DNA from: a virus | Strand: one strand, 5' to 3' | DNA length: 64,000 bases | Virus record (IMG/VR): IMGVR_UViG_3300046167_000744 | Location: 10,373 to 74,372 of that record | Part shown: one piece after another, positions 40,129 through 49,825 of the stretch | Numbering within the stretch: position 1 is the first letter of the stretch | How the letters are laid out: every line of letters begins with the position of its first letter | Program-made: the position numbers and the translations under genes | Notes under the pieces: model-generated | Database searches by the model: none | What the model saw: only the letters and a program-made list of their open reading frames with translations | What the model was told of the DNA's origin: nothing

Positions 40129-41694
40129 ATGGCTAACGCATCAAACAAAACCAAACTCCACCCTTTAGAGCGCCTAGATCTAGTAGATATTGAGAATCTA
40201 CAGAACCTGGCGCATAACGCCGCCGATAACTATATCGGTGGTGTAGTGGGGCTTACAGGTCTTTTAGATAGACCTACTTCCATCAGTGTTGATAACAGCA
40301 CGGAACTTATCACTATTAGCGACTGTTCTTGGTTAGGCTGGCAATCGCACCACGAAGGCTTAAGTGGCTCTAAATACTCAGCATTCTACGGCTACTACCG
40401 CTCAGTAGACTTGCGTAACGGTGATATCAGCTTCGATGCTGTCAGAGCCTTGGTTCAGAGTTACTACAACACAAATGGCAGCCTCCCACCTACTCCGCTA
40501 GATACGGATAACTACGTTCCAGGGACTCACGGCTTTGCTTATCCTTATGTATACGCCATGACCTCGATAGTGGATGCTGAGATTGAGCCTCGTAGATTCT
40601 GGTCTACCAACGACGCTAACGAGACGACCAACAACGTAGCTACCGAGATGCAACAGACTCATCAGTTTGCGCTCGTGGCTCGTGAAGATGCAGCTCCTTC
40701 TGATGGTGAGTTTCCCTCCATTAAGATTATGCGAGTGGCCGCTTGGGAGTTAGACGGCGATGTAGTCAACTTGCTCACCGTTATACCTGTTCAGCTCGCT
40801 GACAATATACTTAACATCTATCCAAGGCACCTTGACATCTCAGGTAATCCGTTCGGTGTGATCCATCAGAATAGTAAAGAGGGTATCCCTGCGGCCATAG
40901 CTTGGTTGAAGGAGCGTCAGGACGCTATTGTAGACAGCGGCACGTTTGACCTGGCTGGCACTGATACAGGTGCTTATAAGCATACACTACCTCGCTTCTC
41001 TCTACATGGATTAGAGAAGTATCTAGGGGATCGTATCAACATCCTTGAAGATAAAGTTAAGCGAGCTACCGTGATCGTCAAGACACGCTTTAACAAACCA
41101 TCGGGGATTAACGATGTTACAGTCCATGCGTGGGATGATAATGATTTCGTGGTCTTAGCCTATAAAGATTATAGCTATCTCTATGATAACACCTCCACAG
41201 GAGGCACAGTATTCTCGGCACCTGTAGCCGTTTCTGATATCTCTAGCGTAGCCGAGGCGGAGCGCATGCTAGGTGCGTTGTTTATCCGTATCCCTGAAGA
41301 GTATGCTGGATATGGTCTGCAGATGAACCTGACCTCTATATTTCCAGGTCAGTCCCTATCTTATCTCGATAGCACCAGTGACACCTCTGTCGTATTGACT
41401 AACAACAAGCGAGGCTTATCTGAGCATTGGGTAATCAATCCAGGGACAGGCCACGACCAAGCGGATTCTGTAACTGCTTGGGCTAGAACTATGAACGAGG
41501 TCAGTCCTAGTTGGGCTAAGAACGCTAGTGATGTGACGTATGCTTCCGCTAATGGTGACTATGGCGTATCTATAGCTCATCCTATGGCAGTTAACGAAGA
41601 CAGTCAGTCTAGATTGACTAACACTATACTTACCGATTCAGACGCTATAGCTACCCTGTATCTCAAAGTAGATATCACCCTCATTAGACCTTAA
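40129..41694 (+). CDS. Baseplate/tail structural protein
   Basis: Long ORF coupled after the J-like gene; ERLDLVD N-terminus. Confidence 0.6.
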   Translation: MANASNKTKLHPLERLDLVDIENLQNLAHNAADNYIGGVVGLTGLLDRPTSISVDNSTELITISDCSWLGWQSHHEGLSGSKYSAFYGYYRSVDLRNGDISFDAVRALVQSYYNTNGSLPPTPLDTDNYVPGTHGFAYPYVYAMTSIVDAEIEPRRFWSTNDANETTNNVATEMQQTHQFALVAREDAAPSDGEFPSIKIMRVAAWELDGDVVNLLTVIPVQLADNILNIYPRHLDISGNPFGVIHQNSKEGIPAAIAWLKERQDAIVDSGTFDLAGTDTGAYKHTLPRFSLHGLEKYLGDRINILEDKVKRATVIVKTRFNKPSGINDVTVHAWDDNDFVVLAYKDYSYLYDNTSTGGTVFSAPVAVSDISSVAEAERMLGALFIRIPEEYAGYGLQMNLTSIFPGQSLSYLDSTSDTSVVLTNNKRGLSEHWVINPGTGHDQADSVTAWARTMNEVSPSWAKNASDVTYASANGDYGVSIAHPMAVNEDSQSRLTNTILTDSDAIATLYLKVDITLIRP

Positions 41695-41704
41695 GGATAG
41701 ACCG

Positions 41705-43246
41705 ATGATTATTACAACTATCTCTACAAGCGCTGGTGCAGCCTCATCGGTTGACAGCCTTATAAATCTTAACTCTGGAGGATCCCTACCCTCAGACGTA
41801 AACCTATATGCATCCGCTGCGGATAGCTCTGATAGCGCAGCTAACTTCAGCTTTAGCTGGCATCTTATCAGCAAGCCTAACGGTAGCTCTGCATCATTAA
41901 GTGATTCGCAGATCCAGAATCCCGTCTTGGAGGGCGTGGATATTTGGGGCGACTACCGACTGTTCTGTATCGCTACCAATATAGCGAGTAACGATACTTC
42001 TGAGGCTGATCCCATCAAAGCGCCTAACTCAGCCTTCGTTCAGGTCCGTGTAAAATCTACACATAAGGCTCTCGTTAAACCTGCTGCTGGTGAGCGTGAC
42101 TGGTTCCAATACGCTTATGAGTGGGTAGACGCTATCGAGAGTTATGATCCTCTGATAGACGGTCACGAAGAGCGCATCACTATCCTAGAGTCCCAAGTAG
42201 GCGTTAACACTTTCGCTAACTTGACGGACACGGACTTCTCCACCCTAGTTACTGGTCAAGTGGCTATTTATAACAGCGTGACTAGTAAGTGGGAAAACGG
42301 GACAGTGGCATCAGGGGCCTCTAATCTCTTGCTAGCTGATAGCGATGATAGCTTTACGTTGAGTATGGCTACAGGTCGCCTCACTCTTAGCGGCACCGCT
42401 AACGAGATTGAGGTTGTCGGTGTATCATCTGCTGGCGGTGTAGTGATGAGCATAGGCCTACCTTCCCAGGTCGCTATCACGGACACGCTTCAAGTAGGCG
42501 GTGTGCTTAACGCTCAAGATGAGATTAATGTAACAGGTAGTCTCAATATCCTGGGCGATGCCTATCTCACTGGTAAGCTCCGAGACTCAGCGTCACCATA
42601 CGCTTATCTAATCGGTAAGGCTGATGGTTGGTATGAGAGCGATGATGGTCAAGAATCATCTGAATGCAAGCTGATGACACGCTGCACAGCTCCTGGCTCT
42701 AGCACTACAACTCGTGGCGGTGTGGTAGCTCCTAATGATAAGTGGAGCGGTTACAACTCTACAGGTAGATTACCATCAGTCCATATACTCAACTATAGTA
42801 TGGCGGTGGAGCATTCAATCTACACTAACAGTTCAGGTGATCCCAATGTAGACCATGTAGACGACACTATAAATAGCAATCAAACAGGTGTCTCTCAGAT
42901 CACTATCCAAGAGCATATCCTGTTCCATAACTCATCAGGCGGCGATATTCAGATTGAGGATATTAGCGTGGTGGTTATGTCAGGTGGTGACATTCAAGGG
43001 CAGCCTTATATCTTTGAGTTGACACGTTATAACGATATCAATGATCTCAAGTCGTTGACTCAGGTCGCTACTGGCACGTTACTGACAGCGACTCAGAACA
43101 GTGCGTGGCTTCCAGCGGTTGCTGAAGCTACTAATGTTAATCAGGGTGTGCCTGCAGGTGGTTACTTCGGCTTGAGAGTTAATCAAGAGTCGAAGGTCCC
43201 TGGCGCTCGTATGATCGCCAATATCACAGCTATTAGAATACTTTAA
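41705..43246 (+). CDS. Tail fibre/receptor-binding-like protein with PKD-like N-domain
   Basis: FSWHLISKPNGSSASLSD...P (PKD-like), LTDTD...GQV.IYN...KWEN fibre repeat, GTANEIEV repeat shared with the 10450 fibre. Confidence 0.65.
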   Translation: MIITTISTSAGAASSVDSLINLNSGGSLPSDVNLYASAADSSDSAANFSFSWHLISKPNGSSASLSDSQIQNPVLEGVDIWGDYRLFCIATNIASNDTSEADPIKAPNSAFVQVRVKSTHKALVKPAAGERDWFQYAYEWVDAIESYDPLIDGHEERITILESQVGVNTFANLTDTDFSTLVTGQVAIYNSVTSKWENGTVASGASNLLLADSDDSFTLSMATGRLTLSGTANEIEVVGVSSAGGVVMSIGLPSQVAITDTLQVGGVLNAQDEINVTGSLNILGDAYLTGKLRDSASPYAYLIGKADGWYESDDGQESSECKLMTRCTAPGSSTTTRGGVVAPNDKWSGYNSTGRLPSVHILNYSMAVEHSIYTNSSGDPNVDHVDDTINSNQTGVSQITIQEHILFHNSSGGDIQIEDISVVVMSGGDIQGQPYIFELTRYNDINDLKSLTQVATGTLLTATQNSAWLPAVAEATNVNQGVPAGGYFGLRVNQESKVPGARMIANITAIRIL

Positions 43247-43256
43247 GGAGGCTATC

Positions 43257-44156
43257 ATGAGTGAGACAGGCTTCGGCTCTTTGAGCTACGATCCACTACC
43301 AGAGTATAATGATTGGGGCTTCGGGTCACCTACTCCTACAACTTTAGGAGAGACTCCAGTGGAGCGTGAGGTAGGCTTCGCTCGTGATACTGGATTCGGG
43401 TCACCCTTCGATAACTACCGCTACCCTGTAGAGTTGTTAGGTGAGTTTGACCTTATCCCTGATGATGGTGGTGTTGTCCTTAAGATAGCTGGTGAATGGG
43501 GCGAGCTATGGGACTACGATCAGTTTCCTACATTCCGTAAAGGCGCTGGCTTTCTAGGTCCGTTCCAAGTTCAATACATCAGTCAATCAACGGGCCAGAC
43601 CTATCAGGCAGTTGGTGAGCGTCGGACTCGATGCTTTACTAACTACTCGATGGACATACTATATGCTGGTGTGCAGCCTCTACCGAGAGGCGATTATGAT
43701 CTTCTGATCAGTTGGCAGGGGATCAACACCATCATTATATCGGATGCGTTTACTGTCGGTGTTAGACCTAGAATCCCAGAGGCTTATAATATTAGGACGC
43801 ACGTCCCATCGCATCTTAAGCGTGGGCCTCATATCTTAACGAACGATGTTATAGGTGAGTATGTCCCTGAGTCTAATCTTAGCCTTATACTTAAGTCAGT
43901 CGGTGAGGCTCTCCAGGTTATAGGCGGTAGACCTACTACGGGCTTAGCCTCAGAGCTGAATTGGGGCGACTCAACTATGGACGTAGAAAGCACTATCGGC
44001 TTCCCTGATAACGGCTCTATACTGATAGCAGGAATGGCCATAACTTACGGTAGCAAGACCGTGAGTAGCTTCGATCAGCTGAGCTATAGCACCTACTTCC
44101 CTGGTTCATTTTCTATCAAAGAGGAGGTATCCTGCGATGTTACAGCCATTAAATAG
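43257..44156 (+). CDS. Hypothetical structural protein
   Basis: AAGGAGG RBS; TMDVESTIGFPDNGSILI...ITY beta-domain motif. Confidence 0.65.
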   Translation: MSETGFGSLSYDPLPEYNDWGFGSPTPTTLGETPVEREVGFARDTGFGSPFDNYRYPVELLGEFDLIPDDGGVVLKIAGEWGELWDYDQFPTFRKGAGFLGPFQVQYISQSTGQTYQAVGERRTRCFTNYSMDILYAGVQPLPRGDYDLLISWQGINTIIISDAFTVGVRPRIPEAYNIRTHVPSHLKRGPHILTNDVIGEYVPESNLSLILKSVGEALQVIGGRPTTGLASELNWGDSTMDVESTIGFPDNGSILIAGMAITYGSKTVSSFDQLSYSTYFPGSFSIKEEVSCDVTAIK

Positions 44157-44991
44157 AATAGAGACGATGCTGAGAGAGACTTATACTCAGCTCGCTAAAG
44201 GTCAAGAGCTTAACCGTGTATCGGAGTTCTTCGGTTTTAGACGACCTCAGTATATTGAGGAAGACTACTGGCGCTCAGCTCTTAATGTAGCTCTGTTTAG
44301 CTCTCGTGGCACACCTGGTCCCATCTTTAGATTCCTAGAGGAAGTGTTCGGTGAGTGGGTAGATGGGATCAGCACCTACTCAGCGGTGGCTATCTCGCCT
44401 AACATTATGCAGTTCAGTGGCGTATCCTGCGCTCACGAAGGTCGCTACGTCAGAATCAATGGCGATCTTTACAGATCCTCAACACTCCGAGGCTCTTCAC
44501 ATCCTAATGATATAGTGTTCCACGCTGTAGACACTATGATGTTTAAGAAAGCAGCCTTTACACCTGGCGCTGCCTATACTCTCAAGTTCCTGCCCTTCGA
44601 TATTGAGGAGCATGGCTGCGAGTATCGCATCTTGATCGACAGCGGCATACTCAACTTCCCTAAATACTACGTCCCTACCAACGTGGCTGAAGATAGAGCT
44701 GGAGGTATACCGCTCAGCGGCCATATCATGAACTTCTTCTCTACGGTGCTTGGTGAGCGTTACGGTAATCAAGAAGAGGGGGCCTATCCCATCTACCTGG
44801 CGGCTGAAGAGTTCCAGGAGCTTTTCTTCGACGCTATAGATATGATGCTAGCTGCTGGTGTGCATGAGCGCATCCTGGTCACTACCTGGTGCCAAAGTGA
44901 GGCTAGTATCTACGGTAGTATCTTCAACCGTAAAGTCTATGGCAGCACAACACCTGCTAAACCCGATATCATTCAACCGTCAAGGAGTTAA
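44137..44991 (+). CDS. Baseplate wedge (gpI-like) candidate
   Basis: AKGQELNRVSEFFGFRRP...YWR...RGT pattern; MLAAGV near the C-terminus. Confidence 0.55.
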   Translation: MLQPLNRIETMLRETYTQLAKGQELNRVSEFFGFRRPQYIEEDYWRSALNVALFSSRGTPGPIFRFLEEVFGEWVDGISTYSAVAISPNIMQFSGVSCAHEGRYVRINGDLYRSSTLRGSSHPNDIVFHAVDTMMFKKAAFTPGAAYTLKFLPFDIEEHGCEYRILIDSGILNFPKYYVPTNVAEDRAGGIPLSGHIMNFFSTVLGERYGNQEEGAYPIYLAAEEFQELFFDAIDMMLAAGVHERILVTTWCQSEASIYGSIFNRKVYGSTTPAKPDIIQPSRS

Positions 44992-44993
44992 TC

Positions 44994-45362
44994 ATGGAAC
45001 CCGAAGTAGTTAAAGTCGTAACCGAGATTAAAGATCTTCAAGTCCATAACGGACACTACTATATTGTGTTGGTAGCTAGCATCATCAGCTTCGCTATTAC
45101 TTATATAGTTAAGCCGTTCGTGAAGAAGAAGTTTACCGATAAAGAGATGGCTAGCTCAGTCACTAGAGCTTTTGCAGTTGTTACTGGCGCTATCGTCGGC
45201 TACTCACTAGAGTTCCAGATTATTGATCTGTGGCTAGGTGCCGCAGCTGGTGGAGTCAACGCATTCATCGTCAAGATGCTCAAGAAGAAAGCTAACGCTC
45301 ACTTAGGTGTGTCTGAGTCTGCTGAGTCTAAAGAAGGCTCTAAGGACGACTCTAAAGGCTGA
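44994..45362 (+). CDS. Multi-TM membrane protein (holin candidate)
   Basis: About three hydrophobic segments and a charged C-terminus. Confidence 0.55.
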   Translation: MEPEVVKVVTEIKDLQVHNGHYYIVLVASIISFAITYIVKPFVKKKFTDKEMASSVTRAFAVVTGAIVGYSLEFQIIDLWLGAAAGGVNAFIVKMLKKKANAHLGVSESAESKEGSKDDSKG

Positions 45363-45697
45363 ACACTTGAGTAGGATCGAAGCATACCTTTGATCTCGCC
45401 TAAGTCTACCAGCATCTCGGTCGCCATTTCGTTCATAGCGTTGAGGTCTTCGTTGATACGGCGGTGGGTCTCTTCACGGGCAGTGACAGCCTCGCTCAGT
45501 TCCTTTGTGATTGTGTCTTTACAGGCTTGAGCTGTAGACGGTGTAGGGAAGGCAAAGCTGAACATAGATACTAGATTCGCCACGAGAGAGATGCAGACGA
45601 AGCGGCCCATGAGGTCGTGGTTCTTCTTGAAGTATTCGTCAACGGCCATGAAGAGGAACACGAAACTTACGGATAGTGCGATATATGATACGGTCAC
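45299..45697 (-). CDS. Two-TM membrane protein with coiled coil
   Basis: GTG start with AAGGAG RBS and TGCTATACT promoter at 45735-45743; convergent overlap with the previous gene. Confidence 0.6.
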   Translation of the reverse strand: MTVSYIALSVSFVFLFMAVDEYFKKNHDLMGRFVCISLVANLVSMFSFAFPTPSTAQACKDTITKELSEAVTAREETHRRINEDLNAMNEMATEMLVDLGEIKGMLRSYSSVQPLESSLEPSLDSADSDTPK

Positions 45698-45779
45698 GAT
45701 GAGTCTCCTTGAGTTATTAGGGTGTGTATAGTAAAGTATAGCATCCCACATAAACTACAGCAAACTTTGGAGCAGAGTT

Positions 45780-46205
45780 ATGACAGATAAATATGAGAAG
45801 GTGAATGAGCCTCAACACTATCAGGGCAAGGACGGTATGACCGTTATGCAGATCATCCAGGCTTACGAGTGCAACTTCGCAGTCGGTAACGTGATTAAAT
45901 ACATGCTTAGAGCTGGCAAGAAGCCTGCCGAGGATGCCCTGGTCGATTTGAATAAGGCCCTTAAATACCTTGAGTTTGAGATTACTGAAAGAACACCTAT
46001 CGAGAAGCGTGTTATCGGAGCTAACCTACGCAGCACTCCTGAGAGCCTAAAGGGTTATGAGGAGATGGGTAGATATCACGCTGCGAGCTATACACCTGCC
46101 GAGGCTGATCCCTCGTTCGGTAATCCGCATCTAGTCTTCAGAGATGAGTCGGAGCCTGTGCGTTCAATCATCGATTTGAGCGAGTTAGTAGACCATGAAG
46201 ACTAG
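45780..46205 (+). CDS. DUF3310 / T7 gp1.7-like nucleotide kinase domain protein
   Basis: VNEPQHY...FAVGNVIKY.LRAGKK...DL.KA..YL. Confidence 0.8.
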   Translation: MTDKYEKVNEPQHYQGKDGMTVMQIIQAYECNFAVGNVIKYMLRAGKKPAEDALVDLNKALKYLEFEITERTPIEKRVIGANLRSTPESLKGYEEMGRYHAASYTPAEADPSFGNPHLVFRDESEPVRSIIDLSELVDHED

Positions 46206-46566
46206 AGCCACTACTGGACTATCCACTAGTGTTCTAACTTATGCTAGTGGAGCTAGTGGGCTATCCACTAGTGTTCTAACGGCAAATCTTTCTGGCAGGT
46301 GGCAGCCTGCTGGCAGGCCCTTTTCCTCAACAAGATCAAGAGCTTAGCCTACCAAATGCCAAAGTTACCTATTTTAAAAGAGTCTGGATCAACATATATA
46401 TCTATAAGTATACTATATACAGATACACCTATAATATATATGTATCGGCGTAGACTCTCGAAAAACACAAGTTTGGCAGAATCTTCAAAAACTGCTATGT
46501 TATCAACACTTTACACCATGCCACTTAGTTAGATGAGCTACTGGACTATCCACTAGCGTCACTAGC
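46202..46566. repeat. Symmetric ori-like element, copy 3
   Basis: Units end at 46238 and 46280, plus one at 46535-46566; TGGCA at 46293/46300/46311; boxes at 46357-46366 and 46469-46478; TGCCA at 46519. Confidence 0.9.
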
Positions 46567-46581
46567 AGATAAGATTTAACA

Positions 46582-47031
46582 ATGCGTAAGTTTTGCGGAA
46601 GACCTAACTGCTATGCCTCATATTATTGTGGCTGCGACCAACCTAAACAGAGGAGCCTACCCGTGTTATTACCTCAAGATATTATGATGAAGGTGAGCCA
46701 GCATTATTCTGAGCATATAGATGCTGTCCAGGAGGCTGCTGAGCTAATGTTTAACGAAGATGGTGTCGAGGCTCTCATGCAGCGGCACAATGCGTTCAAG
46801 GCTAACGTGAAGAGTCTACTAGATGTAGAGATGCTGTTCTGCGCTAACACCGCTGAGATAAAACCACCTGCGACTAACCTATTTAGCGTGACAGTCACCT
46901 GTGCAGGCGAGCCTATATTTCCAGATTTCATCGGCAAGCATACTAAACTACTAGTGGCTCGATGGGACGATACATATACAGGGCTTTATAGCCTAGACTC
47001 TTGGGAGGAAGATCATGACCCCTTATCTTAA
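46582..47031 (+). CDS. Hypothetical protein (true start may be downstream)
   Basis: 149-aa ORF overlapping the next gene. Confidence 0.55.
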   Translation: MRKFCGRPNCYASYYCGCDQPKQRSLPVLLPQDIMMKVSQHYSEHIDAVQEAAELMFNEDGVEALMQRHNAFKANVKSLLDVEMLFCANTAEIKPPATNLFSVTVTCAGEPIFPDFIGKHTKLLVARWDDTYTGLYSLDSWEEDHDPLS

Positions 47032-47353
47032 TTTTATAATGGAGCATTGGCTCCGCATCCTGATCCACCTCTATATAGCTGTAGCCTGTTGGTTCTTTAT
47101 AGATACTGCGCTCGGCATAGTATTCATGGCCCCTATCATCGGGTATGCGTATGCCGCCTGGTCAGTAGATATCGAGGAGGAGGGATTCTGCCTAGCTGTC
47201 TTTGTGGGTGACGAGTTTACAGAGCCATTCGTCAATAAGCTGGCGGAGGATTGCCATAACGAGACAGGTAGAGACGTTAAAGTAATCATCGTGAAGCTGG
47301 ACCAGGCTGATGATGAGGCTGATGAGGAGCTAGAGGTAGAGCTAGAGGATTAA
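47015..47353 (+). CDS. Hypothetical membrane protein with acidic tail
   Basis: GGAGG RBS; hydrophobic N-terminal half. Confidence 0.6.
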   Translation: MTPYLNFIMEHWLRILIHLYIAVACWFFIDTALGIVFMAPIIGYAYAAWSVDIEEEGFCLAVFVGDEFTEPFVNKLAEDCHNETGRDVKVIIVKLDQADDEADEELEVELED

Positions 47354-47394
47354 GTAATATATTTATTTATATCCGTAAGTGGGCGAGATCATTC

Positions 47395-47482
47395 AGTTTT
47401 AAAAAATAGTTGTCAAAAAGACTTGCTTTTATTCCTGGAGGTATTATATTTATATGTAGGTAAGCACTAACGCTTAGACTAC
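47395..47482 (+). promoter_or_regulatory. Strong sigma70-like promoter with AT-rich UP element and 5' hairpin
   Basis: A/T tracts, TTGCTT at 47423, TATATT at 47445, then the hairpin TGTAG-GTAAGC..GCTTAGA-CTACA. Confidence 0.55.
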
Positions 47483-47506
47483 AACCCACTCCATAGGAGA
47501 AGCCCA

Positions 47507-48007
47507 ATGGCTAAAACAAAAAGAGTCCGTAAAGACAGCATCGTATCGACCACTATGAGTTACAACAATCGAGTGCTACTCGACACTATGGCTGACGCTC
47601 GTGGCATGACACGCTCTGAATACATCCGCTACCTTATCCTCGCTGACGCTGAGCTTACTACACCTCGTGTTGTCGCTGACGCTATGAATGAGCTACTCGC
47701 TGGTGAGCGTGGTCGTCCCAAAAATGATATTGCGATGCTTGACAGCTTCCTAATCAATGAGTCTCAGGCTGAGTATGGTCGTCTGCTTCGTGAGTTCGGT
47801 ATGTTTATCGGTCAGGACCCTATCGGTAACTCGATCTTCCAGGATCACGAGGGCGAGCCTTGCATTGTGTGGAACATGACAGCCTATAACTATGATGATT
47901 TCATTCAGCTGAGCGAGGAAGACCGTAAAGATATACTCACCGCTAAGATCGAGCAGTTGAAGGATCAAGAGATTGCTAACGATGATATTAGGGCTAGACG
48001 CAAATGA
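47507..48007 (+). CDS. Ribbon-helix-helix (CopG-like) DNA-binding protein
   Basis: LLDTMADARGMTRSEYIRYLI; RGRPK motif; AGGAG RBS. Confidence 0.7.
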   Translation: MAKTKRVRKDSIVSTTMSYNNRVLLDTMADARGMTRSEYIRYLILADAELTTPRVVADAMNELLAGERGRPKNDIAMLDSFLINESQAEYGRLLREFGMFIGQDPIGNSIFQDHEGEPCIVWNMTAYNYDDFIQLSEEDRKDILTAKIEQLKDQEIANDDIRARRK

Positions 48008-48246
48008 TAAACTTTATAAGAGATGGTCAGCTCTGGATCAACGTGACAGCTGAGCATGCTGAGCATGGCGGCATGGACCCTACTGAGTTCTACTGGATCT
48101 CAGGACTACCCAAGAAGCACTTCAAATTGAGCGCAGATGAGCTGTGCTGGCACTTCTCGCCTGTAGCGTATAAGAAGTGGCAAGAGACTAACCAAGTAAG
48201 CAAGCGATCTATGGATCGTATATTCGCAGACCTATTCTTAGGCTAA
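48004..48246 (+). CDS. Hypothetical protein
   Basis: ATGA overlap with the previous gene. Confidence 0.6.
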   Translation: MINFIRDGQLWINVTAEHAEHGGMDPTEFYWISGLPKKHFKLSADELCWHFSPVAYKKWQETNQVSKRSMDRIFADLFLG

Positions 48247-48262
48247 GAAGAGAGAGATTATT

Positions 48263-48601
48263 ATGAATCCATCAAGTGACGTTGACGACGTGTGGCATAC
48301 GATGTTTTCCGAGATATTCGGTGTTCCGCCTGTGCCTCTAGCACAACCTAAGCCGCAGCCTGCTCCTAAGCCTGCACCTAAGCCTGCACCTAAACAGGCT
48401 AAAGAGATGCATACCTATAGTGGTAAGAAGCTAGAGCATGGGTTTAACTCTGTATTCAACGTGTTCCACTGGTGCGTTCTAACCAACCTACACAACCTGG
48501 AGCCTGTAGAGTTCCACTACGCAGGCCCCGACGTAAAACTAACTGAGAAGGCTGCTCTGTCCTACGCTCAGTTCTGCCAAACACTAAAGACACAAGGCTA
48601 A
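48263..48601 (+). CDS. Hypothetical protein with PAPK repeat linker
   Basis: ORF in a tightly packed run. Confidence 0.6.
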   Translation: MNPSSDVDDVWHTMFSEIFGVPPVPLAQPKPQPAPKPAPKPAPKQAKEMHTYSGKKLEHGFNSVFNVFHWCVLTNLHNLEPVEFHYAGPDVKLTEKAALSYAQFCQTLKTQG

Positions 48602-48605
48602 TAAG

Positions 48606-48896
48606 ATGCACTGGATGATCGCTGATTTCAGAGGTAACAACCTCGACCGTAATATGCGTAAAGACCCTAACCACGCTATCCGCTGTGAGATGTGCTGGAA
48701 GCCTCTCTATCCAGAGGCTGGCAACGTCAAGAACGTGATCGTTATTGATGATGATAACTTCGAGCTTCCCAACACTGAGGCAGAGCTAAGCACCTCAACA
48801 AGCGACGTTCCTATCGGACCTCGCTGTTACACCGCACTCCGTAAGTCAGCTAAAACTCACGGATTTATTGTGAAAGTGAATACTGAAAATGTTTAA
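48606..48896 (+). CDS. Hypothetical zinc-binding-like protein
   Basis: CEMC...PIGPRC. Confidence 0.6.
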   Translation: MHWMIADFRGNNLDRNMRKDPNHAIRCEMCWKPLYPEAGNVKNVIVIDDDNFELPNTEAELSTSTSDVPIGPRCYTALRKSAKTHGFIVKVNTENV

Positions 48897-49743
48897 AGGT
48901 TATACATACACCCTTAATGCAGCGGAGCGCCAGCTCGCTATTGACACAGGCAAGGCTCGCACCGCTAGAGCTAGAGGCGCTAAACTCGCTTATAGCAAGC
49001 TAGCTAAGGACCAATCGCAGGTGTTTATTGATCAGAACGGCGCTGCTGGTGAGATTGTCTTCGCCGCTATGTTACTTGATCACGGCTTATATACTAAGGA
49101 TCAATACAAAGCTGCCCTGGTTACGATCCGTGAGGCTGGGATCACGTCAGCTTATCAGAATCTTGATGATGGTGACTTGGTATGGAACGGTATGAAGATC
49201 GACGTGAAATGCACGGAGTATGTTGATGGGGGCCTATGGCTCACCAATAATAAGTTCTATGCTAAGAAGCTCGATGCCTACGTGCTTATCACTGGTAGCT
49301 CTACGGACTGGACCTACACCTTTAGAGGCTTCATCGAGTCTAGCTACTGCCTAACCTATTGGCTCAAATCTCAAATTAGTGACGCTCAGGGCCTGCGACT
49401 AATAGATCGTTGGAAGCCAGCCTATTTCTATCAGCGAGAGCTGAACAACCTATGCGAGTCTGTCAGTATCATGAAGGCTGAAGAGACTGCTTATATCCGC
49501 AATATCCGAGAGGTTGAAGACCCTAGAGCCGAGGCTAAGTTCGTTAAAGAGCTAGGCGTGGAGAGTGAGTTCTGGGACCAATGGATAGCCGCTTGCTCTG
49601 GTTACTTCGATGAACCGTCGGACTTTTTTAACGTGATTGATATGGTAGCTGACCAACTCAGTGACGAACTTGCGACCGCAGAGGCACATATTGACGATCT
49701 TATAAAGCTGCGGAAGGAAGAGGGAATCGTAACACCTGCGTAG
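48889..49743 (+). CDS. Putative PD-(D/E)XK endonuclease-fold protein
   Basis: GAAGE.VFA...DDGDL....KIDVK...DAYVL...FRGF. Confidence 0.55.
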   Translation: MFKGYTYTLNAAERQLAIDTGKARTARARGAKLAYSKLAKDQSQVFIDQNGAAGEIVFAAMLLDHGLYTKDQYKAALVTIREAGITSAYQNLDDGDLVWNGMKIDVKCTEYVDGGLWLTNNKFYAKKLDAYVLITGSSTDWTYTFRGFIESSYCLTYWLKSQISDAQGLRLIDRWKPAYFYQRELNNLCESVSIMKAEETAYIRNIREVEDPRAEAKFVKELGVESEFWDQWIAACSGYFDEPSDFFNVIDMVADQLSDELATAEAHIDDLIKLRKEEGIVTPA

Positions 49744-49825
49744 GACCTGCTGCGTAATCACTAGCACCTTGATAGGGTTGGTATGGTATGCTTGAGTATA
49801 CCCTGACTGACTTTGTGGAGGTTCT

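Noticed and set aside
46299-46532. 77-aa ORF within element copy 3
   Set aside because: It coincides with the non-coding repeat core and is not preserved in the other copies.
48345-48395. 12-bp tandem repeat
   Set aside because: It encodes an ordinary PAPK linker.
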